Below, one piece after another: positions 24,567 through 35,318 of a stretch of DNA of 64,000 nucleotides. Position numbers and translations under genes: made by a program. The notes under the pieces are model-generated. The model was given only the letters and a program-made list of their open reading frames with translations, was not told where the DNA came from and searched no databases. Source of the stretch: an uncultured Gammaproteobacteria bacterium (GTDB lineage Bacteria > Pseudomonadota > Gammaproteobacteria > SZUA-229); NCBI GenBank assembly GCA_963803185.1, contig CAWDMF010000039.1, positions 8,337 through 72,336 of the forward strand. The letters run 5' to 3'. The first letter of the stretch is position 1, and every line of letters begins with the position of its first letter.

Positions 24567-25097
24567 TCAGGAGGCGTTATGTTTTATATCCCATTCTTCT
24601 AAAGCTTTTTCTAAATCACCTTCAGCGCCAATATTGTTCCAGAATTGAGTGAAATCTTTTTTTACTGTTTCGATTGAAATGTCCATTTTGTTCGTTTTAT
24701 CTTTGAGAAAAAGTTTTATATTTGATTCAACCGTTTCAATGTAATCTTTAGCGATGTCTTCAGACGGTACAAGATGCCGCTCATGCATTAAAATGCCTTG
24801 CTCGTAAGCTTTTAGAATACCAAAGTTTATGCGTTTGGAAAAACTTGTAGCTACGTCATTATTGTTACGTGTTAAGTGTACGTAAAAAGCATTATTTGCA
24901 TATTTATTATCTAATCGGCCTAATAGCCAGGAAAGACGATTATCTGCTTCTATATGGTTGCCAGGGTAGTCAAAACGCTGCGGTCCAGTATTACTTAATA
25001 AAGACTCGTGTGCGGCAGTGTAGTTAGTAATGTGCTGACATGCCTTAATAAATGTGGTTGATCCGCAGCGGCCTGAGTTTAAAATAAAAACATTCAT
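24567..25097 (-). CDS. Sulfotransferase-like P-loop protein
   Basis: N-terminal NSGRCGSTTF resembling the 5'-PSB loop; VHLTR...ATSF resembling 3'-PB. Confidence 0.6.
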   Translation of the reverse strand: MNVFILNSGRCGSTTFIKACQHITNYTAAHESLLSNTGPQRFDYPGNHIEADNRLSWLLGRLDNKYANNAFYVHLTRNNNDVATSFSKRINFGILKAYEQGILMHERHLVPSEDIAKDYIETVESNIKLFLKDKTNKMDISIETVKKDFTQFWNNIGAEGDLEKALEEWDIKHNAS

Positions 25098-26977
25098 TTA
25101 GTTGTTAAGTATCTTTTCCACGCGTCCATATCATGTTGATAATGCAGAATTGCATCCAGGATAGACTCTAAGTATTTCGTTGCCTGGTTTGATGGAAATA
25201 TTTGCTGATAAGCAAAGCTGTTCTCAGCAAAGTTCGACTCAATGTTCTCCAGGAAGTTATTAAAGTTTATTTTTGCCTGGTGAATATTTTCTGCTTCAAT
25301 AAATATGTTGTTCCACCAGCAGGCCTGATTATTTAGCTGCGCCTGCAGCTGTGATTTTAGTTGTAGAACGGTATTATGTTTTTCAATATAACTTGCTTTT
25401 ATGTTGTCGTATGTCGCGTCAATAACAGACTGGACACTATGGCTGTCGACTCCTTTACCGGGAAGATCATGTTCTGTGATTTTCTTTATAGAAAATAGCA
25501 TGACGTCACCATAAAACTGGCGAATAAATTCATTGCTAAGATCAATGCCATAACCAGTAGTGGCATCGTGATTTTTTACGCCTGCGCGGAATTCAGACTG
25601 CCCGGTTGAATCAACCGTTCGGTTATGCAGCATAGGTAAATTTGCTGATACAAATTTACCTTGTAAGCTGGCATTTAATATGCGGCCCAGAACTGGACCT
25701 GCCATGCGCAGTTTAAGTGTGGCAAAGGGAATGAAGATGTCCAGGTTTTCAGGTTTTATAACATAGTTTCCGGTATATACAGTTCTGGCTGGTGTTGTAG
25801 TAGAGAACCCGTTTTCATAATGAAAAAAGGTTTTCCGGGTAGGATGTTCACCATAAAAGAAGTGCCCGAGTTTGTCAGAAAAATCATGGAAACAGTCAGC
25901 ATTATTATGCTTGCCCTGCAGTGTGCAGTGGTAATCAAAGGCCTGTTCGTGCTTTGAGAAACCGAAAAGGTTGGCCATGTCATGGTAGGCGGCATCATCC
26001 TTACTGTCTGTTTCGCGCTGATGAAACTGGCATGGTTCGTCCGGTTTTAATTTTTCTATGGTGTTTAAAAAGTTTTGAATGTCCTGTTGAAAATTTCCTG
26101 CCATTACTGAAGGTGAAACCGGCGGGTCACCAACAACTTTTCCGGTAAGGATAGAGATATCCTGTGTCTTGAAGATCTCGTTTAGATAGTGAAAATAATT
26201 AATGGCATAAAAATTTCCGTTAGAATTTTTATCAGAATTTATCGTATGTATGCAAAATTCCTGATCACTGTCGATAAAATATATTAAAGTATTTTTGTTG
26301 TTTTTATCCTGAGAAAGTGCCTTCTTTAATTTTAGATAGGTGATGTTTCGCATAATGGATGCACCTTTATGCGAAAAGTCGAGTGGATCGTTAATGTCTT
26401 CTGCGTTAGAAATGATTCGGGCCAGGCTGTCGTTCTCTGTTGTGGCATTCGTGACCAGTGCTAGCTGTTCTTTTAGTCCGAAATATTCTGTATTTATTCC
26501 TTGTGCACTGAGCTCGCTGCAATATGACTTATGCTGTTTGATATTGTTAATGTCTCTGGAGTCATCTGCAATTAACACAGATATTTTATTGAACTGTTTG
26601 TTTTTATATCCACCATAACCATAACTTTTGCAGAGTGTGAGCAGGCTGACCAGGCATTGTTTTAAATGCTGTGGCCTGTCGGCAACCGGAATAACGATTT
26701 TAAAGTTATATCGGGTGTCTGCAGTCTTAAGTTCATGCAGTTTTTCCAGTACGATGAAGGCGTTTTGATATTGTTCAATATTTTCTAACGTGGGCTTGGT
26801 TTTCCAGATTTCCTGCTCAAGCGTTACTATTGTTTTTTTATATAGAGAAATCACTCTATCGATTGCATTGTCATCTGCAGTCTGAGATAACTGTTTAAGG
26901 AAATTATCTAATTCAGCAGAATTTTCTGAAACCTGCCTGGTCTTTTGCAGTAATGAAGTGTCAAGCGCGGAGATCAT
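25094..26977 (-). CDS. Uncharacterised protein with GT-A glycosyltransferase-like motifs
   Basis: IVIPVADRPQHLKQCL, LIADDS, YFIDSDQ (DxD). Confidence 0.6.
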   Translation of the reverse strand: MISALDTSLLQKTRQVSENSAELDNFLKQLSQTADDNAIDRVISLYKKTIVTLEQEIWKTKPTLENIEQYQNAFIVLEKLHELKTADTRYNFKIVIPVADRPQHLKQCLVSLLTLCKSYGYGGYKNKQFNKISVLIADDSRDINNIKQHKSYCSELSAQGINTEYFGLKEQLALVTNATTENDSLARIISNAEDINDPLDFSHKGASIMRNITYLKLKKALSQDKNNKNTLIYFIDSDQEFCIHTINSDKNSNGNFYAINYFHYLNEIFKTQDISILTGKVVGDPPVSPSVMAGNFQQDIQNFLNTIEKLKPDEPCQFHQRETDSKDDAAYHDMANLFGFSKHEQAFDYHCTLQGKHNNADCFHDFSDKLGHFFYGEHPTRKTFFHYENGFSTTTPARTVYTGNYVIKPENLDIFIPFATLKLRMAGPVLGRILNASLQGKFVSANLPMLHNRTVDSTGQSEFRAGVKNHDATTGYGIDLSNEFIRQFYGDVMLFSIKKITEHDLPGKGVDSHSVQSVIDATYDNIKASYIEKHNTVLQLKSQLQAQLNNQACWWNNIFIEAENIHQAKINFNNFLENIESNFAENSFAYQQIFPSNQATKYLESILDAILHYQHDMDAWKRYLTTK

Positions 26978-27012
26978 TGTCTGGTGCTATTGTCAGCTAT
27001 CATGGCTGGATA

Positions 27013-28707
27013 TTATCGTCTTGAAGAATAATTTGGAAAAGCATTTTTATCGATAATTATTTCGATAAGGTTTATGCCTGCTGTAAAGTCGGTATTGTTA
27101 AACAGTGTTTCAATATTCTCTTTTGATTCTATTAATATGTGATTAATGCCGAACGATTCCGCCAGTTTGCTGTAATCCGGATTATTGAAGTCGCAATCGA
27201 TAAAGCGATTATTATAGCTTTGCACCTGGTTTTTTCGAATTAAGCCCATGCTGCTGTTATTGAACAGAATAATATTAAATGGCTTTTCATAATTAACAGC
27301 AGTCATTATTTCCATGCAGCACATTTGAAAACCGCCGTCACCAATAATAGCAAACATTGTTGTCTGCTCAGAAAACTGTGCACCAATTGCAGCTGGAATC
27401 GCATGCCCTAATGATGAGATTCCCGAGTTTGGGTAGAACCGGTTCTTTGTTGATACCTGTAACAGGTTTTGCGCAAATATAATGTTGTCATCAAAAACCG
27501 AGATGCCTTCCGGGAAGTGGCTATTCATCTTTTTGAAGAACAGCTTCACTAATGAGAACTCTGCCTGGAAGATTGAGTTGCCGTCAATACTGGTTTTGGT
27601 TTCGAACTTATTTTTATAATCGCTAATATTTTCCAGTTGCTTTTTATCGAGTGACTGATTTTTTAGCTTCTGTATAAGGCTAGTGAGTGTTTGTTTGATA
27701 TCAGCATGAATGGTGAGGTCAGCCTGATATACTTTATTGAGTTGTTCATTATTGATATCGACTTGCACAACATGTTTATTTGCCAATAATTTATCGTTCC
27801 ATAAATAACTGGTACGTTCGTTAAAGCTGGCCCCTAATACAACTACCAGGTCTGATTTGTTAATGATGTAGTCGTAAGCATAACCACTGGAGGTGACGCC
27901 TAAACTGCCCAGCGACAGTTCAGAACATTCATTGATAGTGCCTTTGCCTTTAAGACTGGAGGTAACAGGAATGTTTAATGATTGACTTAATTCAGTGACT
28001 AAAGACTGGGCTCCAGACTTAATGCATCCGTAACCGGATACAATAACGGGTTGTTTGCTGCGCTGAAGTAAATCAACAAAGTGGTTTATTTGATGCCACG
28101 AAGCGATACAATTTTGCGTTTCGTTTAACGGGGCAACGGGCGTTTTTTTACGGGTAATGATGTTATCGAGTATATCGAGTTCGACCATTTCTTTTTGAAC
28201 ATTAAACGGTAAACTGAGTAATACCGGCCCAGAATTATCGGCTAATAAAATTTTTGAAGCCTGATTAAGTACATTCTCCAGATAATCGGTGCGTTCAATT
28301 ACCCGGTTATAACGGGTAATGCTGTCAAACAGTGCGCACTGGTTAATACTGCCACCTTCACCTGAGCTCTCCTGCAATCCTCCTTTACCAAAGATATAGG
28401 TAGGCGTTTCACCGGTAATGATAAGTATGGCCTGTTTGTCAGCATAAGCATTGGCAATACCGGTGACCAGGTTGGTCGCACCTGGTCCTGCCGTGGTGAT
28501 GCAGGCAGCGATTTTTCCTGAGGCACGGGCATAACCACAGGCCATAAAAGCGGCGCCCTGTTCATGTTTTGCGAGCACAGATTGAATGGGCGAGTCGTAC
28601 AGGTTGTCATAAACGGGCAATATGTGGGCGCCGGGCATACCAAAAATGGTCTCGATGCCAAGGCGCTCCATATATTTTACAATTAATTCGCTTACTTGAA
28701 CTTTCAT
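27013..28707 (-). CDS. Thiamine pyrophosphate-binding enzyme (acetolactate synthase-like fold)
   Basis: FGMPG, KHEQGAAFMA, TAGPGATN, GDGGFQM...NN TPP motif. Confidence 0.88.
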   Translation of the reverse strand: MKVQVSELIVKYMERLGIETIFGMPGAHILPVYDNLYDSPIQSVLAKHEQGAAFMACGYARASGKIAACITTAGPGATNLVTGIANAYADKQAILIITGETPTYIFGKGGLQESSGEGGSINQCALFDSITRYNRVIERTDYLENVLNQASKILLADNSGPVLLSLPFNVQKEMVELDILDNIITRKKTPVAPLNETQNCIASWHQINHFVDLLQRSKQPVIVSGYGCIKSGAQSLVTELSQSLNIPVTSSLKGKGTINECSELSLGSLGVTSSGYAYDYIINKSDLVVVLGASFNERTSYLWNDKLLANKHVVQVDINNEQLNKVYQADLTIHADIKQTLTSLIQKLKNQSLDKKQLENISDYKNKFETKTSIDGNSIFQAEFSLVKLFFKKMNSHFPEGISVFDDNIIFAQNLLQVSTKNRFYPNSGISSLGHAIPAAIGAQFSEQTTMFAIIGDGGFQMCCMEIMTAVNYEKPFNIILFNNSSMGLIRKNQVQSYNNRFIDCDFNNPDYSKLAESFGINHILIESKENIETLFNNTDFTAGINLIEIIIDKNAFPNYSSRR

Positions 28708-28941
28708 ATAATTACTTAAAAATCATATAGATAACTTCCTGCAGCTGGTTTAATTTCTGCGGCCTGTTTCTCAGGTTAACTAACAACTCTGTCAGACGGC
28801 GAATATTAACACTAGATGCATTGACTATCTCCTTAAGTTTTAAGTAGTGATATTGTCAGACAATATAGTGTTTTTTCTTTTGTGGTAGTGAGAAAGGTGT
28901 GATATTTGTTATTGGCGTTTGTGTTTAGGACTGGTTTCCTC

Positions 28942-29628
28942 TTAGAGATTGCGGGTCTCGCCCCGCTGGCGAGTAACTCTTTTGCTACAGCCCAAAAGAG
29001 TCACCAGACTAATTTTGCCGGGAGCAAAATTGAACAGCTGCTTTATAGCTGGCCTGAAAGGCAAAACACAGGACGTGTTTTGTAAAAGGCCGCCACAACA
29101 GCTACGCCCCTAAAAAGCAGGGGTTCCCATTTAACCAACACCATTATCATGCTGCGCCAGAACTCGCAAAAAACGCTCAGACATGCTGGCACAGAAAGCC
29201 CATGATAATGGTACTGGCTAAATGGCTTGCTGAGGTGGATTAAAGGTCAAAGTCAAAAACAGTGAAACATCCTATGTCTGTGTTTCAGGAGAAGTTTTGT
29301 TTGTGCTATCAGGTTTTGTTTTTCTTGTTTTTACTCCCTCTTTCGTTTGCTGAATTCTCTGGTATTGGTAGAGCAAATTCGCCAGGGATGGCGAATTTAG
29401 CCTTGTGCGCCTGGACGGCGCATCAAGGCGGGCTCGTAGGCAATACCAGAGAATTCAGGTACCCGCAGGGTAAACGAATTGGGCGGCCTTTTCTGGTTAC
29501 TCTTTGTGGCTGTTGACTAAATTTGCTGGGAACAAATTTGAACGATCTTTGCTCGGCTAGGGTGAATAACATGGATGTTATTCATACAAAGAGTAACTCG
29601 CCAGCGGGGCGAGACCCGCAATCTCTAA
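28942..29628. mobile_element. 687-bp palindromic non-coding element with 41-bp terminal IR
   Basis: 28942-28982 versus 29588-29628 match 40/41 as reverse complements; internal hairpins and two inserted modules. Confidence 0.8.
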
Positions 29629-29709
29629 TTAAAAATCAACCGTAAATGCTAATAAACAGAAAAAAACTATGGATACCCACGCGAAACGTGGAAGTGAGAA
29701 AACTTGAAA

Positions 29710-30186
29710 CTATTCAAATTGTCGAATGACACCGGTTACAACGCCAAGTACCTCGACTTCTTCATTTTTAAGAAGAATGGCGTCCATATCAGGGTTCGCA
29801 GGTTGTAGCCGGATGCCGTCAGCTTCGATATAAAACTTTTTCAGGGTAACCTGCTCACTATTGATGAGTGCGACAACCGACTGTCCATTTTCTGCAGACA
29901 TTTTCTTCTCAATAATAACAATATCACCGTCCTGAATGTTATCGTCGATCATTGAATGTCCGCATACTTTTAAGGCATAGGTATCTTTACGAACCATGTT
30001 GGCAGGCACTTTGACCTGCTCATTTTCTTCAACACGTTCAATAGGTTTGCCAGCTGTGATTCTTCCTAACAGAGGAATGCTAACTAAATTAGATAATTCG
30101 TTATCCAGCTCATTGTCGATAGCTGTGAAGTCAGCTGTCCATACAGGACGGCGGTTTTTGGGTAGTAGCAGAGATATATTATTCAT
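29710..30186 (-). CDS. S24 peptidase (LexA C-terminal / UmuD-like) without DNA-binding domain
   Basis: IPLLGRITAG cleavage motif, GHSM Ser, TLKK Lys; 158 aa with no HTH. Confidence 0.82.
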   Translation of the reverse strand: MNNISLLLPKNRRPVWTADFTAIDNELDNELSNLVSIPLLGRITAGKPIERVEENEQVKVPANMVRKDTYALKVCGHSMIDDNIQDGDIVIIEKKMSAENGQSVVALINSEQVTLKKFYIEADGIRLQPANPDMDAILLKNEEVEVLGVVTGVIRQFE

Positions 30187-30316
30187 TGTTATTTTTATTG
30201 GTTTTTTAGTCTATTTGATTAAAAGCATAGCTTATATTCAGTAAAAGATAAACTTGTAAATACCTGGTCACAGATTTATATTGGTTATTAAACAATAAAC
30301 AGCAATCAAAGGGTGT

Positions 30317-30724
30317 GTGATGATTTTATCTTCGTTGAGTCCAGATACTGGAAAGTTGATTCTTAGATTATGTGTTGGCGGATTAATACTGTTTCATGGT
30401 GTGGCTAAAATTATGCATCCGGCATCGCTGGATTTTATTAGAGGCATGTTAACGGCTAATGGCCTGCCGGTGTTTTTAGCTTACGCTGTTTATATTGGCG
30501 AAGTGCTTGCGCCATTGATGGTTATAGTTGGTTATCAGGCCAGGGTAGGTGCTTTGTTAATTGCAACGAATATGCTTTTTGCCCTGTTTTTGGTGCACAC
30601 GGGCGACTTCTTTAGTTTATCTGAACATGGTGGTTCAGCCGTTGAGTTACAGTTATTTTATTTGCTTTCAGCAGCAGCGGTGGTCTTTTTGGGCAGTGGC
30701 AGACTGGCATTTAAACAGGACTAA
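30317..30724 (+). CDS. DoxX family membrane protein
   Basis: LILRL...FHGVAKI, GEVLAP, ELQLFY, GSGR. Confidence 0.88.
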   Translation: MMILSSLSPDTGKLILRLCVGGLILFHGVAKIMHPASLDFIRGMLTANGLPVFLAYAVYIGEVLAPLMVIVGYQARVGALLIATNMLFALFLVHTGDFFSLSEHGGSAVELQLFYLLSAAAVVFLGSGRLAFKQD

Positions 30725-31064
30725 TGCAGAGTCAATCAAGGTGAGTTGAATGCTTCAGATGGTGTGCGAACATGGCATATTAAGCTTTATGAAAAGTAGG
30801 GAAAGATATTTTCTGCGCGTGACATTGATCACGGTAATGTATTCTTTAAAATAATTCTGGATAATTTGAGAGAGCAGCTCAAACTCTGCACGACTAGTTT
30901 TAAATATTAAGTCACTGACGTCAAAAACTAAAAATAGTTTCTCCACAGAGCAGGGATGGATGGCAGAAGGTAAGCCATACAAAATAGTGACTCGCCCGTC
31001 AAAGGCGAAACACTCGAGAATAATTTAAGATTGCCGTAAAAGCTAAATACCAAAAACCATAAAG

Positions 31065-31919
31065 CTAACGAATTGAAGTAATCCCCTTGATGTCTAAAGG
31101 TATATTTTGTTTTTTGAGTAATTCAAGCCCGGTATCCAGGGTAACATTCCCCGTTAACTGGTATTCCATCGGTGCTTTATTGACTAATGCATTGTAAGCT
31201 GATTTGCCGGCACTAAGTATGTTAAGTTTTACTGGAATCTCAACAAGACCTTTACCCTTTTTGGGGATGCTGCTGTTTTGATTGATCTTTCCCTGTCCCC
31301 AGTTTTGTTGATTGACTGTTAATTGATAATTTAAGTTACTCAGGCCTAAATCAAAATCATTCGGATTACTTACTTCCACTTGAGCAATGAGGTCGGCTGA
31401 AGTGAAGCTGAGATTTTTGACTTTTACATCTTTGATTTTAATATCCGGTATTTTAGGAACGGGAAGTTCGCCTTTATTAGTAACAGGAATTGCATAGTTA
31501 CCAATTACGGGTAAGTCTACGTTGAACTGAGATATTAGCTGGTAGGCTATTTTGTCTTTTTTCCACAATTCACCGGGTAAATTTTTTAAGTCATTAAATT
31601 TCAATGTGATCGGCAATTGAACCGGGCTGGTGGAGCTGGCTTTTAACTTTATTGCCTGAGCCGTAGTGCCACTGACCAGAGATTGATTCTCGATTTTTAA
31701 CTCATAATCCAGTCCGGCCAGGTTGAGCGAGACGGGGTTTTTATTTTCTACTGCGAGGTCAAAAACCAGATCGACCTGTTCGAAATTGATATTGGCCAGT
31801 CGTGTACCTGTAAGTTTTGCTGTCGGTTTAATCGTGTCTGCGTGTTTGGCTAGTTCAGCACAGCTAATAAGTGTCATGGTGAAAAGCAGAAGCAGTAATT
31901 TGTTAATTGAATGTTTCAT
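31065..31919 (-). CDS. LEA type 2 (WHy domain) lipoprotein
   Basis: Lipobox LISC; two repeats with VENKNP / VSNPN motifs. Confidence 0.85.
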   Translation of the reverse strand: MKHSINKLLLLLFTMTLISCAELAKHADTIKPTAKLTGTRLANINFEQVDLVFDLAVENKNPVSLNLAGLDYELKIENQSLVSGTTAQAIKLKASSTSPVQLPITLKFNDLKNLPGELWKKDKIAYQLISQFNVDLPVIGNYAIPVTNKGELPVPKIPDIKIKDVKVKNLSFTSADLIAQVEVSNPNDFDLGLSNLNYQLTVNQQNWGQGKINQNSSIPKKGKGLVEIPVKLNILSAGKSAYNALVNKAPMEYQLTGNVTLDTGLELLKKQNIPLDIKGITSIR

Positions 31920-32149
31920 ATTTATTATAGAGTTTGAGTGATATCGTAGTGTATGTTAGCGGTGGCCAGTCAATATTTCCAGACTTAATGTATCTTTTAT
32001 AGGGGAAACAGTCTGTTACGGAATATATCAATCGTTTATGGCAGTCGTTTTATTTTTTATGTAAAAACGACTACTGAAAATATTCTTTTATTGAACAAAA
32101 CACAAAAACTATCGAGTAGAATACGTCACTTCTAGATGGTTTCATAACG

Positions 32150-34177
32150 ATGCACCCACAGCAGCAAGCAACAAATAAACCCGGTTTAAATCCACAACAG
32201 CGACAGGCGGCACGTACCATTGATGGTCCAATGCTGGTACTGGCCGGTGCTGGCAGTGGTAAAACCCGTGTCATCACCGAGAAAATCGCCTACTTAATCG
32301 GCGAATGCGGCATATCGCCTTCGCGTATCGCTGCAGTGACGTTCACCAATAAATCGTCACAGGAAATGAAAAGCAGGGTGAAGAAATTGCTGGGCGGTAA
32401 AGCCAGCCGGGGCCTGCGGGTTTCAACCTTCCATCGCCTGGCATTAAATATCTTACAGAAAGAGTATGCGGCCCTGGGCTATAAAGCAGGTTTCTCAGTA
32501 TTTGCTACGGCTGACTGTATAACCGTATTATCTGAGCTGTTGAAAGTGACTGGTGAGCGTGGTCTGGATGTGGCGGAATCAGCGCACTGGCAAATTTCCC
32601 AGTGGAAAAACGATGGTGTTATGCCAGACCAGGCTGTTTCTGTTGCGGAAGATGATATGCAGATGAAAATCGCCAAACTGTACACCCAGTACCAGCGCCA
32701 ATTGCATGCCTATAATGCTTTTGATCTGGACGACCTGATTTTACAAACGGTTCATTTATTTAAAACACATAACGATATTTTGCAAAACTGGCAAAATAAG
32801 ATCCATTATTTGCTGGTCGACGAATACCAGGATACAAATGCCATGCAGTACGAGCTGGTTAAAATGCTGGCAGAAAAACGCCAGTGTTTAACCGCTGTGG
32901 GTGATGATGACCAGTCAATATATGCCTGGCGTGGTGCAAAACCGGAAAACCTGGTGCAGTTATCAAAAGACTTTCCCACATTAAAAATAATTAAACTTGA
33001 ACAGAATTATCGTTCAACACGACGCATATTAAAACTTGCCAATGAATTAATTAAAAATAATCCACATGTTTATGAAAAAAAATTGTGGAGTGATTTAGGC
33101 ATGGGTGAAGGTGTTCGCCTGATTCAATGCCACAGCGAAGAGGATGAAGGTGAGCGTGTATGCATGGAATTGCAGTCGCATAAAATTCAAAACCTGACTA
33201 AATATAAAAATTATGCGATTTTATATCGTGGTAATTTCCAGGCACGTGTGTTCGAAACGTATTTGCGTGGTATGCATATTCCCTATGTCGTCAGTGGTGG
33301 CATTTCCTTTTTTGAGCGTACGGAAATAAAAGACATTGTTGCTTATTTAAGGTTACTGGTTAATCCTGATGATGATGCGGCTTTTCTACGAGTGATTAAT
33401 ACGCCACGTCGCAGCATTGGCGCCGCAACACTGGAAAAGCTGGGTAAATACGCCACTAAAAGAGAAGTGAGTATGTTAACCGCCTGTAGTGAAGTGGGCC
33501 TGGAATCAAGGGTCTCTAAAAGTGCCTATAAAAACCTGTCTTTATTTACAGACTGGTTGTTGCGGCTGGCGCATCGCGCAGAAGACGAACCTGCCACCGA
33601 AATAACACAGCAGTTACTCGATGATATTCATTATGAAAGCTGGTTACGCGAACAAAGTAAAGATATCGAAACCGCAGAAAGGCGCTGGAAAAATGTCATG
33701 GAGTTGATGGACTGGCTGGCCCGTTTGCAGAAAAAAGATGCAGACGCCAGTGTCGCTGAACTAATGGCACAATTATCACTGATGGATATTCTGCAGCGCA
33801 ATCAGGATGAAACAGATCTGGATGCGGTGCAGCTAATGACCTTGCATGCCGCCAAAGGCCTGGAATTTCCGCATGTGTTTTTAGTGGGGTTTGAAGAAGA
33901 GTTAATACCGCACGCAAGCAGTATTCAGGAAGACAACATCGAAGAAGAGCGTCGGCTTGCTTATGTGGGGATCACCCGTGCAGAAAAAAGTTTAACCATG
34001 ACCATGGCGCGGACCAGGAAGCGTTACGGTGAAAAAATTATTTGTGAGCCCAGCCGTTTTCTCGACGAACTACCGGAAGATGAAATTGAGTGGTTAGGCG
34101 GAAAAGCTTCTAAAGAAAAATCCACGCAGGATAAAGGTAAATCGCACATTGATGGATTAAAAGCGCTGCTAGGATAA
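32150..34177 (+). CDS. rep: ATP-dependent DNA helicase Rep
   Basis: LAGAGSGKTRVITEKIAYLI, DEYQDTN, VGDDDQSIY, LEQNYRS, EEERRLAYVGITRA. Confidence 0.92.
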   Translation: MHPQQQATNKPGLNPQQRQAARTIDGPMLVLAGAGSGKTRVITEKIAYLIGECGISPSRIAAVTFTNKSSQEMKSRVKKLLGGKASRGLRVSTFHRLALNILQKEYAALGYKAGFSVFATADCITVLSELLKVTGERGLDVAESAHWQISQWKNDGVMPDQAVSVAEDDMQMKIAKLYTQYQRQLHAYNAFDLDDLILQTVHLFKTHNDILQNWQNKIHYLLVDEYQDTNAMQYELVKMLAEKRQCLTAVGDDDQSIYAWRGAKPENLVQLSKDFPTLKIIKLEQNYRSTRRILKLANELIKNNPHVYEKKLWSDLGMGEGVRLIQCHSEEDEGERVCMELQSHKIQNLTKYKNYAILYRGNFQARVFETYLRGMHIPYVVSGGISFFERTEIKDIVAYLRLLVNPDDDAAFLRVINTPRRSIGAATLEKLGKYATKREVSMLTACSEVGLESRVSKSAYKNLSLFTDWLLRLAHRAEDEPATEITQQLLDDIHYESWLREQSKDIETAERRWKNVMELMDWLARLQKKDADASVAELMAQLSLMDILQRNQDETDLDAVQLMTLHAAKGLEFPHVFLVGFEEELIPHASSIQEDNIEEERRLAYVGITRAEKSLTMTMARTRKRYGEKIICEPSRFLDELPEDEIEWLGGKASKEKSTQDKGKSHIDGLKALLG

Positions 34178-34450
34178 GCGGTACTTAGTTATCATGTTTC
34201 TCTTTGACGTTCACCAAATATCTCACAAATGTAAACAATTTGTTAAATATCGCAATTATGGAATGAAAGCCATAAATTTTAGCGCATTATGAATGTATAA
34301 TACCCGCAGTCTGAAAATTGTCCTGATAGTAACAGCGTACTAATATGCGTCAATGACAGGAATGCAATGTTACTGTTGAATATAGAAAATCACATTAAAA
34401 TAACGAGCTGCTTATTGAAGCAGTGACCAACAACCTTACAAAAAATACAC

Positions 34451-35266
34451 GTGGAGATCGACAAAATGCAATATATAAAAGTGGCCCTACTGCCCCTCTT
34501 TTTACTAATACCTTTGACAACAACCTTTGCTGCTGAACAGAGCGAAGGGTACTGGTATACCTCATCTGGAGAGATCTGGAGAGACAGTAGCGGTGAGTGC
34601 TGGGATACCAGATTTTTGACTGAGGAAAACTCTCTGCCTGAGTGTACTGGCGAGGATACTGATTTGGATAAAGATGGTGTAGTTAACAGTGCAGACAATT
34701 GTCCAAAAACACCAGCTGGTGCAACAGTTGATGCTAATGGATGTCAGCTAGATAGCGATGGTGATGGCGTTCCCGATGCCGCAGACAAGTGTCCAGAAAC
34801 ACCAGCTGGTGCAACAGTTGATGCTAACGGATGCCAGCTAGATAGCGATGCTGATGGCGTTCCCGATGACGCAGACAAGTGCCCGAATTCACCTGCCGAC
34901 AAGCCGGTTGATGCTGATGGATGTACCATCGATAGTGTTGTACTAAAAAACGTTCAATTTGAAACCAACTCGAGTGAGCTGACATCTAGCTCAAACGCAG
35001 AACTCAACAAGGCTGTTGCTGCAATGAACAAGTACCCTGAACTACAAATCGAAATTCAGGCACATACCGACAGCATGGGCGAAGCGGGATATAACCAGTC
35101 CCTCTCTGAAAAACGTGCCAACAGTGTTCGTGATTATATGACTGGCAAGGGAATCGCAGCGAACCGAATGAAAGCGAAAGGCTATGGTGAGTCCCAGCCG
35201 ATCGCTGATAACGGTACCAAAGCAGGCCGTAAGAGCAACCGCCGTGTTGAACTTAAAGTTAAATAA
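34451..35266 (+). CDS. OmpA family protein with thrombospondin type-3-like Ca-binding repeats
   Basis: Signal peptide, DxDxDGV..DxCP repeats with 90-bp period, HTDS...LSEKRA...NRRVE. Confidence 0.9.
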   Translation: MEIDKMQYIKVALLPLFLLIPLTTTFAAEQSEGYWYTSSGEIWRDSSGECWDTRFLTEENSLPECTGEDTDLDKDGVVNSADNCPKTPAGATVDANGCQLDSDGDGVPDAADKCPETPAGATVDANGCQLDSDADGVPDDADKCPNSPADKPVDADGCTIDSVVLKNVQFETNSSELTSSSNAELNKAVAAMNKYPELQIEIQAHTDSMGEAGYNQSLSEKRANSVRDYMTGKGIAANRMKAKGYGESQPIADNGTKAGRKSNRRVELKVK

Positions 35267-35287
35267 TTAAGCAGCGGTTTATAATAG

Positions 35288-35318
35288 AAAGGCCCGTCCA
35301 TTGGACGGGCCTTTTTTA
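35288..35318 (+). terminator. Rho-independent terminator
   Basis: AAAGGCCCGTCCA-TTGGACGGGCC-TTTTTT just after the ompA-like stop. Confidence 0.85.

Noticed and set aside
30945-31055. c-di-GMP-I riboswitch or Rsm-type sRNA
   Set aside because: Only a loose AAGGCGAAAC resemblance and two GGA motifs; the required stems are absent.
34691-34930. 90-bp tandem repeat as a non-coding array
   Set aside because: It is in frame and encodes the Ca-binding repeats of the OmpA-family protein.
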